Source: an uncultured virus (IMG/VR IMGVR_UViG_3300037843_000618)
Lineage: Duplodnaviria > Heunggongvirae > Uroviricota > Caudoviricetes
Direction: 5' to 3' (one strand)
DNA: 64,000 bases
Virus record (IMG/VR): IMGVR_UViG_3300037843_000618
The stretch's first letter is position 1. Each line of letters opens with the position of its first letter. Below the pieces are notes generated by a model. The model had not been told where the DNA came from. It searched no databases and saw only the letters and a program-made list of their open reading frames with translations. Positions 10,001-18,935 of the stretch are shown in pieces. A program made the translations under genes and the position numbers.

Positions 10001-11536
10001 TCCTGTCACGGTCACAGAATCAGTGATCGACGTCACCGTCCCGATGTTCCAAGCTCCGCCCTGATCTGCGGTCACGGTTCCGCTAACCGGGTTCATCACC
10101 TCGACCCGTAACACGGGGGATGCGGGCGATCCGTAGGAGCCTACGGCGGACGCGATGGACGCGAGCGAAGCTTCCGCTGCCGCGTCTTGAGTGACCCAAG
10201 GCGAAGTCCCTTGGTTCGCTGTCACGGTGCCAGACACAGGTTGCGTCGCGGGAAAGTTGGAGATGGAAACCGTGCCGCCGACCGTGAAAGTGCCTGTACC
10301 GGCATTGGCGGTGACCGTGCCTGACACGACCCACGGGCTTGTGCTCTGTGTGACCGGCAGGCTGCTGGGGAACGTGACTGTAGTCGGGTTCATCACCTCG
10401 ACTTGCAACACAGGGGATGCTGGCGACCCGTAGGAGCCTACGGCGGATGCAATCGAAGCGAGCGAAGCCTCGGCGGCGGTGTCTTGAGTGATCCAAGGCG
10501 AAGTCCCCTGGTTCGCGGTGACCGTGCCGCTGACGGGCTGGGTTGCGGGGAAGTTGGAGACGGCCACGGTGCCCGTGACGACGGACGAGGTCGGATTCGT
10601 GACAAAAACGTTGAGCGCTTCGACAGGCGGAGACCCGGCTAGCGTGGAGGAAAGCGATGGCAGGTTGGATACCGCGACGGTGCCGGAAACGGGTTGCGTC
10701 GCCTGGAAGAACGTCCCCGTCACGGCCACAGTGTTCTCGACATTCACTCCGACATTGCCGCTTCCGTCCTGGTTCAGATTTTGGGTGATATGTTGATCGG
10801 CGGTAACCCAAGGGCTTGTGGACTGGGTAACCGCCACGTTGCCCTGCTGGGCGACTTTGAGGTTGCCGCTGCCGTCCACGAGGATGGCTTGCAAGGCAGT
10901 GCCGTCCGATGCCCCGATGAAGACGGGGTTGATCGGGGTCGAGATCAGCGTGCCTATCGGGTACAGACCTTGGACGAGAGGGTCGGCCCACACCGCCGAC
11001 GTATTTCCCGGCTGGGAGATCAGGAGTTGCCCGGCGTGGACGGGCGTCGATGACGAGATGACCACGGGCAAGCCCGTGGTCGCAAGCTCCGTCGCCTCGA
11101 TGATGCCTGTGCCCGTCGCTATAAGCGTTGCGCCGGAGCCTACGGTCATCGTTGCCGTGGTGTTGATTCCGGTGGTCAGTACGGAAAAGCTGGGTGTTCC
11201 CCCTGCGGAGTAGTATGCGCTTACGTTTCCGCTGCCGTCGAACTGCCAGACGACGTTCGTGTATCCGCCCGGAGCCGCTGGCGTGGTGCCGTTGAAGTCC
11301 GGGTTGGACACGGGCGTCCCGTTGACGCTGACCGTGCTGCTGGATATGGGAATGACGCTCGGGTCGAGTTTTCCGTTCAGTCCGAGGATGGCAATATCGC
11401 CAGCCTGCGCCGCAGTTCCCCCGAAAAGCACAAGGCCCGTCCGCCACTCCGTCCAAGCGATTTGGCCGAGTTGGTCTTTTCGGTTGACGATGACCGATGT
11501 TTGAAGCGCGTCGAGGATGGGGTTCTCAGTGGACAT
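7001..11536 (-). CDS. Large virion fibre-like structural protein with VTQSTSPW repeats (1511 aa)
   Basis: Very T/S/G/V/A-rich; repeated VTQ(S/G)TSPWV motif; SVDGTNW motif; paralogous to 19958-24940. Confidence 0.75.
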   Translation of the reverse strand: MSTENPILDALQTSVIVNRKDQLGQIAWTEWRTGLVLFGGTAAQAGDIAILGLNGKLDPSVIPISSSTVSVNGTPVSNPDFNGTTPAAPGGYTNVVWQFDGSGNVSAYYSAGGTPSFSVLTTGINTTATMTVGSGATLIATGTGIIEATELATTGLPVVISSSTPVHAGQLLISQPGNTSAVWADPLVQGLYPIGTLISTPINPVFIGASDGTALQAILVDGSGNLKVAQQGNVAVTQSTSPWVTADQHITQNLNQDGSGNVGVNVENTVAVTGTFFQATQPVSGTVAVSNLPSLSSTLAGSPPVEALNVFVTNPTSSVVTGTVAVSNFPATQPVSGTVTANQGTSPWITQDTAAEASLASIASAVGSYGSPASPVLQVEVMNPTTVTFPSSLPVTQSTSPWVVSGTVTANAGTGTFTVGGTVSISNFPATQPVSGTVTANQGTSPWVTQDAAAEASLASIASAVGSYGSPASPVLRVEVMNPVSGTVTADQGGAWNIGTVTSITDSVTVTGTVAVTQSTSPWVVAGTLSDNNAAPSTNNLGVLPAKAVYNRPGKTQGNLTALSVGLDGGLYVQSREASSLADSIVTGTRNNQVELNFSEPFNASLITNTSNTTGTYTQANGCATYATGVDVAGRATGVSVQAFDYRPGHEWYCYFTASFATGAASSHQRIGPYNTTDGFWIGFEGTTFGITQYQNGVLVGGTANSAPSVARASFNGDPCNGSDNSAFTSLGVPVALNLANINIYRIRGAWFGTAPVVLDVFAPDGVWVTMHTFLFPNTLTTPYAYTTDWNVTIEVENAGNTSNLAITTPCLALGTTDSVDMIAASLTDYSLAALTRSVIAGKEPITGTYMNAAVSAEAALSVSGSGASSLAAATWTASTLLDTSLNIVVNNFNYNTVSVVLVGSGTFGGGQITFQVSVDGTNWVGLIGVNIGTGQAENSAVVTLTAGTTALLFNITGFNYFRAYLTQQISGSPPSGQVVISYVTQSLASPNVSTTITTGTVNVNSNQGTPAAIGNAWPMEITDGTHGPVAVKGPSASAVASDPALVVAISPNNTFNIGGSLSNNTAAPSNQNLGVIPAVANAATPIWTEGYQVLESVDLSGRQRIRGTLTTNSATPVADYLGVLPAVATTAAPSYTTTYQVPLSTDTAGNLRVILNTETTKVIGTVNQGTSPWAVSDTTGNASLASLASAVSAYGSPASPVLQVEVMNPLTVTFTESSIGVTQVTSPWVVNGAVTVSGTATTTPAASTVQGVSGLTGTATSKINSVFVALADNTNATTLGVMGTAVATSVYALPVMAGLQAAVGGTQTTLTGTGTSLNVNLTNSSVAVTQSTSPWVVSDTATATIASAVTNAASPAEPRMRICGAGLAGQADTDVVTIQGIANGVAVPVSIATVKPASTAALATDAALVVTEPGSTTAGACANTAVTSSSSAVLAANTARREVTVVNTDVVVVYLGLGQVPTATTYHVALSPCATAHDGTGGSYISDVWKGAINAIVASTGGHVAVTEMT
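10088..10575. repeat. Intragenic direct repeat, about 190 bp unit with 297-bp spacing; third partial copy near 7907-7990
   Basis: cgggttcatcacctcgac...ccgtaggagcctacggcgga...caaggcgaagtccc starts at both 10088 and 10385; encodes SNFPATQPVSGTVTANQGTSPW...GSYGSPASPVL.VEVMNP. Confidence 0.85.
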
Positions 11537-12049
11537 TTAATAAAAAAGTTGCTCCATGTCATAAAGGAACCGGGCGGCGACGGGACCTATAAGCTTGCGG
11601 GGGTGCTGCGTGGTCGCGATGCTGGTCTCGGCGTAGTAGAGGTCGCACATGCGGTGCGTCGTGTCGATGACCTGCGCCCCAACAGGCTCGCTGTCCGGAC
11701 CTGGGTAGTCGGCGTGCGTGAAACCCGCGTTGAACGATGTCGGCGTCACGCTCGTGATCGCGAGCAGTTGCCCGTTGAGGAATGTGGAGTTGGTTAGCCC
11801 GCTGAGGATGACGACCTGTCCGGGGCGCATCTGCCCGGTTGTGCTGACTGTCACTGTGAGTATGTCACTGGTAATCTGCGTGACGGTGACGCTGGCTAGG
11901 ACAACTGCCGCGTTTGCTTCGATGTACTGGATGCCGTTGACCTCTACGAAGGTCTCTTTCGACACGGGATCAACGGTGGGATCGGGCCTGTATATCCAGA
12001 AAGCCGCGTGGATGGTCGTGTTCGCTTGAAAGCCGATGGTGGCTGCCAT
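11537..12049 (-). CDS. Hypothetical virion-associated protein (170 aa)
   Basis: Abuts the fibre gene; beta-rich PGQVVILSGL..STFLNGQ segment; AGGA RBS. Confidence 0.65.
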   Translation of the reverse strand: MAATIGFQANTTIHAAFWIYRPDPTVDPVSKETFVEVNGIQYIEANAAVVLASVTVTQITSDILTVTVSTTGQMRPGQVVILSGLTNSTFLNGQLLAITSVTPTSFNAGFTHADYPGPDSEPVGAQVIDTTHRMCDLYYAETSIATTQHPRKLIGPVAARFLYDMEQLFY

Positions 12050-12130
12050 AACGGTTCCTGGACGTAGAAGCCCCGCGCACGCATCTGCGCTCGAAGCTGG
12101 GAATCCGGCTTGTGGTTGGGCTGGATTCGC

Positions 12131-12202
12131 CTACCTAAGAAGTCGATAGTCCGCACTTCCGTCTCCCCATCCCAAAAACCCCGCTTTTCAAGCCTTTTAT
12201 AG
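12131..12202. promoter_or_regulatory. Divergent pair of putative phage late-promoter motifs
   Basis: Minus-strand CTATCGACTTCTTAGGTAG (12149-12131) and plus-strand CTTTTCAAGCCTTTTATAG (12184-12202) face the fibre operon and the terminase respectively. Confidence 0.45.
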
Positions 12203-12208
12203 GTACAT

Positions 12209-14341
12209 ATGGCTATAAGCAGAAGCAAGCGTTTCAGCAAGGCCGCCAAGGATTCCGTATTCGGGGCAGCCATTGCCGCGAGCATCGAAGACCCGTCAAA
12301 GCTGCAAAACGCCATCGACTTCATTGAGGGGCCGGGCGGCATAGGGATCGTGCTGCGCCCGGTGCAGCGCATCGTCGTCAAGGCGATCTACGGCGTTCGG
12401 TTTGACTATAAGCCTGAATGGACATCCCGCATCCCCGGATGGGGCATGGTGCCGATGTACGACGTGTTCCGCGAGAAGAAGAAGCACGCGGATGTCACCG
12501 AAGCCGAGTACCTGCACATTGCGTTCAACGAAGGACGTTGTAACGTTGACAACTGGCAAGACATCCCGAATGTCGGCGACATACCCGGCGAGGCGGGCTT
12601 CAACGAGGCGTGCATTTTCGCCGGGCGACGCGGCGGGAAATCGGAGCTTGTCGCCGCTATCGCCGCGTACAAGCTGTACTTGCTGCTCAATATCCGCTCC
12701 CCGCAGGAGCACTTCGGCCTGTTTCCCGGCTCCATCATCGACTTCACGTTCCTGGCGCAGGACGAAAACGGCGCTCACCGCCTGTTCAAGAAGCTCCGCG
12801 AGCAGGTACTCAGGGCCGAGGCATTCTTCGCTCCGTATCTGAAGGACGCCAACGCGAGAGACCTGTCGTTCGTCACGCTTGCTGACCGCGAAAAGCAGGA
12901 GTCTACGCCTACGGTCACTGTTTCGTGCCTGCCCTGCACTACGAACGCCGTGCGTTCGCCCTCGTCCATTTTTCTGGCGCTCGACGAGTTCGCGCACTTC
13001 CGCTCTGCGAAGGAATCGACATCGGAAGACATGTACGCGGCGGCGACCCCGTCCACGGCGGACTTCCACCACGAGAAGGTCGTGAAGATCGAAGCCCTGC
13101 CGGAGGAGCCGATGGGCACGAGCTTTGGCGAAGATTCGGCAACGCAAATCGAGGAAGGCGATGAGCCAATCCTCGAATTCGAGGACCCGAATGAGACAGT
13201 CGGCATTCAGGACTCTATGATCCTGAGCATCAGTAGCCCGCTCAAGAAGATCGGCAAGATGTACGAGCTTCACAAGCTGGCGCTGGAGGAGGGCGTGGCA
13301 TCGGGCATCTTCACGCTGAACTGCCCGAGCGCGGAGATGAACCCGAAGCTGTTGCCGAAGTTCCTCAAGTCCGAGTACAAGAAGAACCCGCTTACGTTTA
13401 AGGCAGAGTACGGCGGCAAGTTCCTTGAATCGTCCGAGTCCTACGTGACCGAGGCTGCCGTTAAGCAATGCACCGACTGCAAGTGGGACGAGAAAGGCTT
13501 GCCCGTCGAGGGAAGCGCACGCATCAATATCCAGCGCTTCACCTCCGCGCAGATCGGCAGGAACTACTTCTGGGGCTTCGACCTCGGCATGACCAACGAC
13601 GCGTCAGCCCTCGCCATCGGTCACCTTGAGCCGGGCGGTCCCCACGGCACGATCAAGCTGGTCTTCGACTATATCGACCGCATGATGGTCGGCGAAAAGG
13701 GCGAATGGCCGGGGATAAAGGCGGGCATCGGGCAGAACAAGTACGAAGGCTACCAAGTCCTCCCGCTCGAAGATATTCTCGACTGGATGGAGAGCATGAA
13801 CAAGATTCTGCCGTGCTTCAAGGGCGCGACTGACCAGCATGGAGGTCAGCAGCTTGTCCAGCTTCTCGAACTGAAGAAGATCAGGAATTTCGAGCTTGTC
13901 AACATCACGCCCGCGATCAACTCACAGATGGCGTATGCCCTGCGCGGCTACATCGAGTCCGAACGCTGCCGCTTCCCCTACGTGCCAAAGTTCATCCAAG
14001 AACTGAAGCTCGTCGAGCTTGAGGTCATGGCGAAGTACCGCATCCGCGTCGCGGCACCCCAGGAAAGAGGCGCTCACGACGACATGGCGGACGCTGCCAT
14101 GCTGTGCGCATTCCTTGCCCAGCGGTGGCTGCTGGAGCAGGGGCAGATGATGGACCCATCCGGTCTCAGCTTGCTCATGCAGGCGCAGATGATGCGTCCC
14201 CCGGCCCCACTGATTGGCATGGATGGCATCCCCATGCAAGTCTTGAAGGTCATGGAGAGGCTCAAGAAATCCCAACAATATAACGCTTCTTACACCGGAG
14301 CCAACCCCATAAGCCCTTGGAGCAGGCGGGGAAGAAGGTAA
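12209..14341 (+). CDS. terL: Terminase large subunit
   Basis: Walker A GRRGGKS, Walker B LALDEFAH, coupling motif ISSP, RNase H-like nuclease GFDLG...TDQH...HDDMADA. Confidence 0.9.
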   Translation: MAISRSKRFSKAAKDSVFGAAIAASIEDPSKLQNAIDFIEGPGGIGIVLRPVQRIVVKAIYGVRFDYKPEWTSRIPGWGMVPMYDVFREKKKHADVTEAEYLHIAFNEGRCNVDNWQDIPNVGDIPGEAGFNEACIFAGRRGGKSELVAAIAAYKLYLLLNIRSPQEHFGLFPGSIIDFTFLAQDENGAHRLFKKLREQVLRAEAFFAPYLKDANARDLSFVTLADREKQESTPTVTVSCLPCTTNAVRSPSSIFLALDEFAHFRSAKESTSEDMYAAATPSTADFHHEKVVKIEALPEEPMGTSFGEDSATQIEEGDEPILEFEDPNETVGIQDSMILSISSPLKKIGKMYELHKLALEEGVASGIFTLNCPSAEMNPKLLPKFLKSEYKKNPLTFKAEYGGKFLESSESYVTEAAVKQCTDCKWDEKGLPVEGSARINIQRFTSAQIGRNYFWGFDLGMTNDASALAIGHLEPGGPHGTIKLVFDYIDRMMVGEKGEWPGIKAGIGQNKYEGYQVLPLEDILDWMESMNKILPCFKGATDQHGGQQLVQLLELKKIRNFELVNITPAINSQMAYALRGYIESERCRFPYVPKFIQELKLVELEVMAKYRIRVAAPQERGAHDDMADAAMLCAFLAQRWLLEQGQMMDPSGLSLLMQAQMMRPPAPLIGMDGIPMQVLKVMERLKKSQQYNASYTGANPISPWSRRGRR

Positions 14342-14370
14342 TTCCCGCGCTATACGTCTCTTTTGTAGCT

Positions 14371-14742
14371 ATGCTATTCCTTCTTCAATTCGAGCCGGGG
14401 GAACTCATCAGAGAGTTCGGCCCGTCGGCGGGGGCAGTGATCTTGTGCGCCGGGCTTTTCATCTGGAACTCCATCCAAAACAACAATATCGGTCGCCAGC
14501 TTGAAGCCAACACCAAGGCGTTCGACGACAACAATACCGAACTGGTGCAGGCGCAGCGCGACCTTGCCAAGCAGCTTACCGAAGCAGTTCATGAGCAGGC
14601 AGAGATGCACGCCGAGCAACTTTCCGCGATCCGGGAGATAATGGCGAAGCAGGACGTTGTCGTGGCCAACCAGACCACGATCATGGCCAACTTCCAGCAC
14701 GTCGTCGAGCGGCTGATCGACATCGTCAAGGAGAAAACGTAA
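14371..14742 (+). CDS. Membrane protein with coiled-coil C-terminus (holin-like)
   Basis: One hydrophobic segment (AGAVILCAGLFIW) followed by a heptad-rich tail; preceded by the late-type motif at 14350-14368. Confidence 0.55.
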   Translation: MLFLLQFEPGELIREFGPSAGAVILCAGLFIWNSIQNNNIGRQLEANTKAFDDNNTELVQAQRDLAKQLTEAVHEQAEMHAEQLSAIREIMAKQDVVVANQTTIMANFQHVVERLIDIVKEKT

Positions 14743-14999
14743 TGGCTGTAGGAAAAGAAGCACCGATTCCCGACATCTGCGCGGCGTCCGCCGCTTGCCG
14801 CGAGGCGCTTGTAGCTGCGGTGGCCGAATTCACCGAAACTTTCGCCGCCATCCCCGTCGCTACGATCAAGAAAAGACTCAAGAACACCGACATCGTCACC
14901 CCTTTTGTCCCCCTCGCCAATGGTATAGCGTCATCGAACGGTTGCCCCTCCGCCAAAATTGAAGGTCTGGAACCCAAAGAAGACCCGGACAAGCTGTAA
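14742..14999 (+). CDS. Hypothetical protein (85 aa)
   Basis: GGAG RBS; TAATG overlap with upstream gene. Confidence 0.6.
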   Translation: MAVGKEAPIPDICAASAACREALVAAVAEFTETFAAIPVATIKKRLKNTDIVTPFVPLANGIASSNGCPSAKIEGLEPKEDPDKL

Positions 15000-15012
15000 A
15001 CCCTGCAACCAG

Positions 15013-15041
15013 TTGACACTCTCCCGCATCTATTGTATAGT
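15013..15041 (+). promoter_or_regulatory. Sigma70-type promoter
   Basis: TTGACA-17 nt-TATAGT, 20 nt before ORF 15062. Confidence 0.75.
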
Positions 15042-15061
15042 GGTTCTCTCAAGGATATGGG

Positions 15062-15265
15062 ATGATGGACAAAAGCATCGTTCAATCCGAGCGTCAAAGA
15101 CCCCGCGCAGTCGAACTCATGAAGGGCATCTACGTCAGCCACGTTGCAGACCCCAAGTGCGGTCTCGGCGAACAGTGCCCCATGATGATCGACTTGAAGA
15201 AGCGCATCGAGGAAGAGGAAGCTCTTCTAGGGGACAACTTTCCACGCTCTTTCGGGTTGAAATAA
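15062..15265 (+). CDS. Hypothetical protein (67 aa)
   Basis: ORF after the promoter with AAGGA RBS; H..D..C....C motif. Confidence 0.6.
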   Translation: MMDKSIVQSERQRPRAVELMKGIYVSHVADPKCGLGEQCPMMIDLKKRIEEEEALLGDNFPRSFGLK

Positions 15266-15338
15266 GGTTCACCCTTTTTCGATTCGCAGAGACCGGGCAC
15301 CGACTCCTGGCGACTGCGAATATGCCCCGTGGAGGATT

Positions 15339-16721
15339 ATGCCAAAAGTCACCGAGAAGCCGGTAACTTTGAAAGTTTACAGCCTGTTAGACCCAAGCAC
15401 CAAGGTAACTTTGTGTTTCAACGGCGGGCATTGTGAAGAAGCTGCCCTTATTGCCCTCGCCTATACTTTGACTGGAAACTTAGAACGAAGTGGACGTTCA
15501 GGCCCACGCCGCCCGCTTCCTTCTATTGAGCCTGAACGAACGATGTACAAGAACCTCCGGCCGTGGAAAAAAGTGACCATCCCGAACTATGTCGTGGTCG
15601 CTGACAGTGACGACCTGACCGGCGCTCCTGTGATCGCGTGGGATGGCAAGAAGTCTCTGCAAGGCACGATGCCGTGGGGACGCCCAATCATCGGAACAAT
15701 CACCGCGCAAGTCTCGGCGAACGGCTGGGCTGTCGCGGTTGACCCCGCCATGATGGAGCTTGCGCAAAGACAACAAGCGATCCGCCAAGCCGAAGCCTTG
15801 GAAAAGACAAGAATCTTCGAGCCGGGGGTTATTGTCCAGCCTGAGCCGCAACCTGTGGCTGAAATACCACCCCCGGTCATTACACCGCAGCCCGAATCCG
15901 TTGCGGTACCCGGCGAAACTGCTGAGGAAGAAGACACAATCGACTTCGATTACACAGGTGACCCGTTCACGGTCAACGCTGATGGTCATTTCGTGGGGGA
16001 TGACGGCTTCGTAGTGCCAATGGACTTCGACGAGTTCTACAATCGCTACCCAAGGTATGTGCTTAATTGGGTCAAGAAGCGTCTCAACCGTTTCGTCGTG
16101 GATGAAGACGTGGAGGATTGGACGCAAGACCTGCTAATCCACATGAAGTGGCTCCCACAGGCGTCCAAGCACAGGCTGCCCGGTGCGAATGGGCGACCGA
16201 ACGGATGCGCGGACGTGATCGAGACTTTTAATCCGTACCAGCAATACGGAGCGAGCGAGCGCCGCTTCCGCAATTACATCAACTTCTGTCTTGCCAACAA
16301 GTTCAACACGGTGCAAAGCAAACGCCAGAAAAACCCGGTATGCCGACTGGGCAACGTCGCTTTCGGCGTCTCTCTGGATGAGACCGATCCGATGACTAAT
16401 AGCGATGAGTTCATTCACTCGAACTCCCAGCACCTAGCCACGCAGGCGGGGCGCATGCAAAAGCAGCACGATGACCGCTTGTACACGAACCAATTCAAGA
16501 GCTACGTCCGCAAGGAAGATTCCAGTGTCTTTCCCGCGATAGAAGCGCTGGAAGCGTGCGGGACGATGGGTGAGGCAGCGGGGTACATGGGCGTCACCGA
16601 GCAAGAATTCGCCCGGTACCGCGCCCGGCTGAAGCAGCTTGCCGAGTGCTTCCTCAAGAAAGTCGCTGCCCCAAAACAAAGAAAACCGTACAAGAAGCGG
16701 GCGACGGCTGCGGGAGAGTGA
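15339..16721 (+). CDS. Putative phage sigma-factor-like protein with N-terminal extension (460 aa)
   Basis: GGAGG RBS. C-terminal half has region-2-like VEDWTQDLLIHM...FRNYINFCLANKF and region-4-like HTH TMGEAAGYMGVTEQEFARYRARLK. Confidence 0.55.
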   Translation: MPKVTEKPVTLKVYSLLDPSTKVTLCFNGGHCEEAALIALAYTLTGNLERSGRSGPRRPLPSIEPERTMYKNLRPWKKVTIPNYVVVADSDDLTGAPVIAWDGKKSLQGTMPWGRPIIGTITAQVSANGWAVAVDPAMMELAQRQQAIRQAEALEKTRIFEPGVIVQPEPQPVAEIPPPVITPQPESVAVPGETAEEEDTIDFDYTGDPFTVNADGHFVGDDGFVVPMDFDEFYNRYPRYVLNWVKKRLNRFVVDEDVEDWTQDLLIHMKWLPQASKHRLPGANGRPNGCADVIETFNPYQQYGASERRFRNYINFCLANKFNTVQSKRQKNPVCRLGNVAFGVSLDETDPMTNSDEFIHSNSQHLATQAGRMQKQHDDRLYTNQFKSYVRKEDSSVFPAIEALEACGTMGEAAGYMGVTEQEFARYRARLKQLAECFLKKVAAPKQRKPYKKRATAAGE

Positions 16722-16933
16722 ATTTGAGCGTCAATCAGACTTCTTTAGGCAAAAAAGTGACGGCACGATACGCTTGTACTGATGGGACTTGTCCCGCAGA
16801 GCCTCATGGAGTTGGCGAAGTTGTAGCCTATTGTGAAGCCCCACAAGTTTGCATCAAACAAGCAAACGGAATTACATTTTGGTGGAGAGCCGATCTGACT
16901 GATGAGGTTACTCAAAACTCGCCACAAGGATGA
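16718..16933 (+). CDS. Hypothetical protein (71 aa)
   Basis: GTGA overlap with upstream stop; GGGAG RBS. Confidence 0.55.
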   Translation: MNLSVNQTSLGKKVTARYACTDGTCPAEPHGVGEVVAYCEAPQVCIKQANGITFWWRADLTDEVTQNSPQG

Positions 16934-16978
16934 GCCTTTTTTGCCCCTGCGAGCATCTAACAAGCAGAGGAGGGTTCC

Positions 16979-17197
16979 ATGTCAAGACCCGCTGTAAATC
17001 CCAACTGGGGAAAAGACACACCAGTAGAGCCGACAATCTGCGCCTTTGAGATAAAGGCAAGCGAGCTTGGCTTGACTCCCGACCAGTACCTCCGCTCCGA
17101 AGAGCTTCGGGCTTGGGTGGCCGCGAACAAAAACATGCGCTATGTGCCAGAAACGCTCTTGAAAGCATGGCATCTCATCCTAGATTCCTCGATTTGA
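16979..17197 (+). CDS. Hypothetical protein (72 aa)
   Basis: GAGGAGG RBS; SEELRAWV..N...RYVPE.LL..W pattern. Confidence 0.7.
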   Translation: MSRPAVNPNWGKDTPVEPTICAFEIKASELGLTPDQYLRSEELRAWVAANKNMRYVPETLLKAWHLILDSSI

Positions 17198-17244
17198 GTG
17201 GTATTATTTATTCAGCAGCAACCGCTGCAACAGGAGACCATACT

Positions 17245-17505
17245 ATGGCACGACCTTCAGATACGACATTCCGACCGTTTATCGTCCGCACGCTTAACCG
17301 TGGGAACTTTACGACGGGAGAGCTTTACAGCATCGCCCGCACCCGCAACCTGACGCTCACCCGCAACCAGCGCCGCGCGGCCGGCCGTCCGACACAGTTC
17401 GCATGGCAGCGTCGGCTTCGCCACGATCAAGAGGTTCTTGCTGCGCAGGGCGTGATCATACGATTTGGCGATGGCACATGGGGATTGACCGGCTTCGGTT
17501 ACTAA
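17245..17505 (+). CDS. Small winged-helix protein resembling the Mrr N-terminal domain (86 aa)
   Basis: AGGAG RBS; FRPFIVRTL...TTGELY...WQRRLR....L...GVI.R...GTWGLT pattern. Confidence 0.55.
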   Translation: MARPSDTTFRPFIVRTLNRGNFTTGELYSIARTRNLTLTRNQRRAAGRPTQFAWQRRLRHDQEVLAAQGVIIRFGDGTWGLTGFGY

Positions 17506-17537
17506 GAGTCGAGGAAAAAGCTGCTACCGCCTGAGGA

Positions 17538-18419
17538 TCAGGGTGAGACGATTAGGAATTCGTTCGTGTTTTTCCAGTTACTTTTTTTGCCGTTAATCGA
17601 GTATCTAAAGCCGATCTCGATGAACTTGGCGAAACTGTACTTCATGCGAATCTCTTCGCAGATGTCGTAAGACATGATCCAGTTTGAACGCGTAGCCAAC
17701 AGGTCCGCCAGTTTGCCGTGTTGCATTTCGTTCATTTTGACGGGGTACAGCATATCCCCTTTGACGAAGTATGGTGGATCAAGATAGAGCGGCACCCCGG
17801 CGGGGATTCGTTCTAGCCAAACGAGAGCGTCTTCGCATGTCACTGTTAGACGTCCTGCGAGCAGGAGCCGCAAATTCCGCACATTTTTCTGAAGGAGTGG
17901 GGCATTGTAACGGCAGTCGATTGTCCATTTGGATTTTTGGCCAAACCCTCCTATGGGCTGAGCCATCGCAATACCGGAAAAGGTTGTGCGATTGAAAAAT
18001 ATGGCATGGTAGGCACGCTCCACCAAGGACATAGAGCCGGGCTGTTTCCCACCCTCTCGGAGCGCTCGGAAAAGTTCTACCGTGGGCGGTTGTGCGATAA
18101 GCGTAAGCAACTCTTGAACTTGATCTTCAGTGCCGTTGCCAACTAACTCCCAGAATCCGGCGACTGTGCTGTCGCAGTCAGCCGCTACGAACTTCATGGC
18201 GGGGTAACGGAGAGCGACATCCAGGGTAACGGCAGCCGAACCAAGGAACCCCTCGTAGAAAGTGTCTGCGTTTTCAAGCATGGGGTCAAGCAAGGACCGA
18301 AACATCGGATTTTTAGCCAATTTGGTTTTCCCACCGGGGTAGCGAAATAGTTGATAGTTACGGGCTGAGACCTCCTTTGGCTTTGACAGAATTCCCTCCA
18401 AGCACCTTTTTGGATACAT
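17538..18419 (-). CDS. D12-class (Dam-like) N6-adenine DNA methyltransferase
   Basis: FRYPGGKTKL, YEGFLGSAAV (motif I), FFNRTTFSG, LYLDPPY (motif IV), WIMSYD. Confidence 0.9.
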   Translation of the reverse strand: MYPKRCLEGILSKPKEVSARNYQLFRYPGGKTKLAKNPMFRSLLDPMLENADTFYEGFLGSAAVTLDVALRYPAMKFVAADCDSTVAGFWELVGNGTEDQVQELLTLIAQPPTVELFRALREGGKQPGSMSLVERAYHAIFFNRTTFSGIAMAQPIGGFGQKSKWTIDCRYNAPLLQKNVRNLRLLLAGRLTVTCEDALVWLERIPAGVPLYLDPPYFVKGDMLYPVKMNEMQHGKLADLLATRSNWIMSYDICEEIRMKYSFAKFIEIGFRYSINGKKSNWKNTNEFLIVSP

Positions 18420-18436
18420 TGATAGATACCATCGAG

Positions 18437-18465
18437 TTGCTAAAATCTCCCTTTCTGTGTACTAT
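18437..18465 (+). promoter_or_regulatory. Sigma70-type promoter, probably giving a leaderless mRNA
   Basis: TTGCTA-17 nt-TACTAT with TG extension; ATG 7 nt downstream. Confidence 0.55.
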
Positions 18466-18471
18466 ACAGGA

Positions 18472-18846
18472 ATGACCTGCCAATGCTGCTCCCGCCCGGC
18501 CAGGAAAGACAGGGTGACATGCCAGTCCTGCGCGGACTCCATGTCCCGGTGGTGGCACAAGAACCGGAAAATACTCGCCGCTAAACGCAAGCGTCCCGCG
18601 TATAGGAAGCGCAGGAATGCCACCGCCCGCAAGTGGTACCGCCGCAACAGGAGACGTCTCCTGCCGAAAGCCCGCAAGCGCGTTCTTCAATGGCAGAAAA
18701 ACAACCCGGAAAAGCACAGGGCGAAGAGCCGCCGTTACTATTGGAGGCACCGGATGGCGCTCCTGAACCGTGCCTATCTCCGGTTCCATGCCAAAAACCC
18801 CGACGCCAAATACCATACCCGGTATCGCGCCCGCGCATCCCGATAG
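18472..18846 (+). CDS. Basic Zn-finger/Arg-rich protein (124 aa)
   Basis: CQCC...CQSC followed by a very R/K-rich helix as in homing-endonuclease N-termini; no nuclease domain seen. Confidence 0.55.
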   Translation: MTCQCCSRPARKDRVTCQSCADSMSRWWHKNRKILAAKRKRPAYRKRRNATARKWYRRNRRRLLPKARKRVLQWQKNNPEKHRAKSRRYYWRHRMALLNRAYLRFHAKNPDAKYHTRYRARASR

Positions 18847-18935
18847 TCTTATAAATTCCCCCTCTATCCCCTAATGGACGTCGTTTTCTGCCTTGTTTCC
18901 TACCTATCACCCCCTTTTGTAGGGAGGATTCCACC

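Noticed and set aside
12209..14341. Intein in the terminase
   Set aside because: The insertion is short and lacks the Cys/Ser start and His-Asn end.
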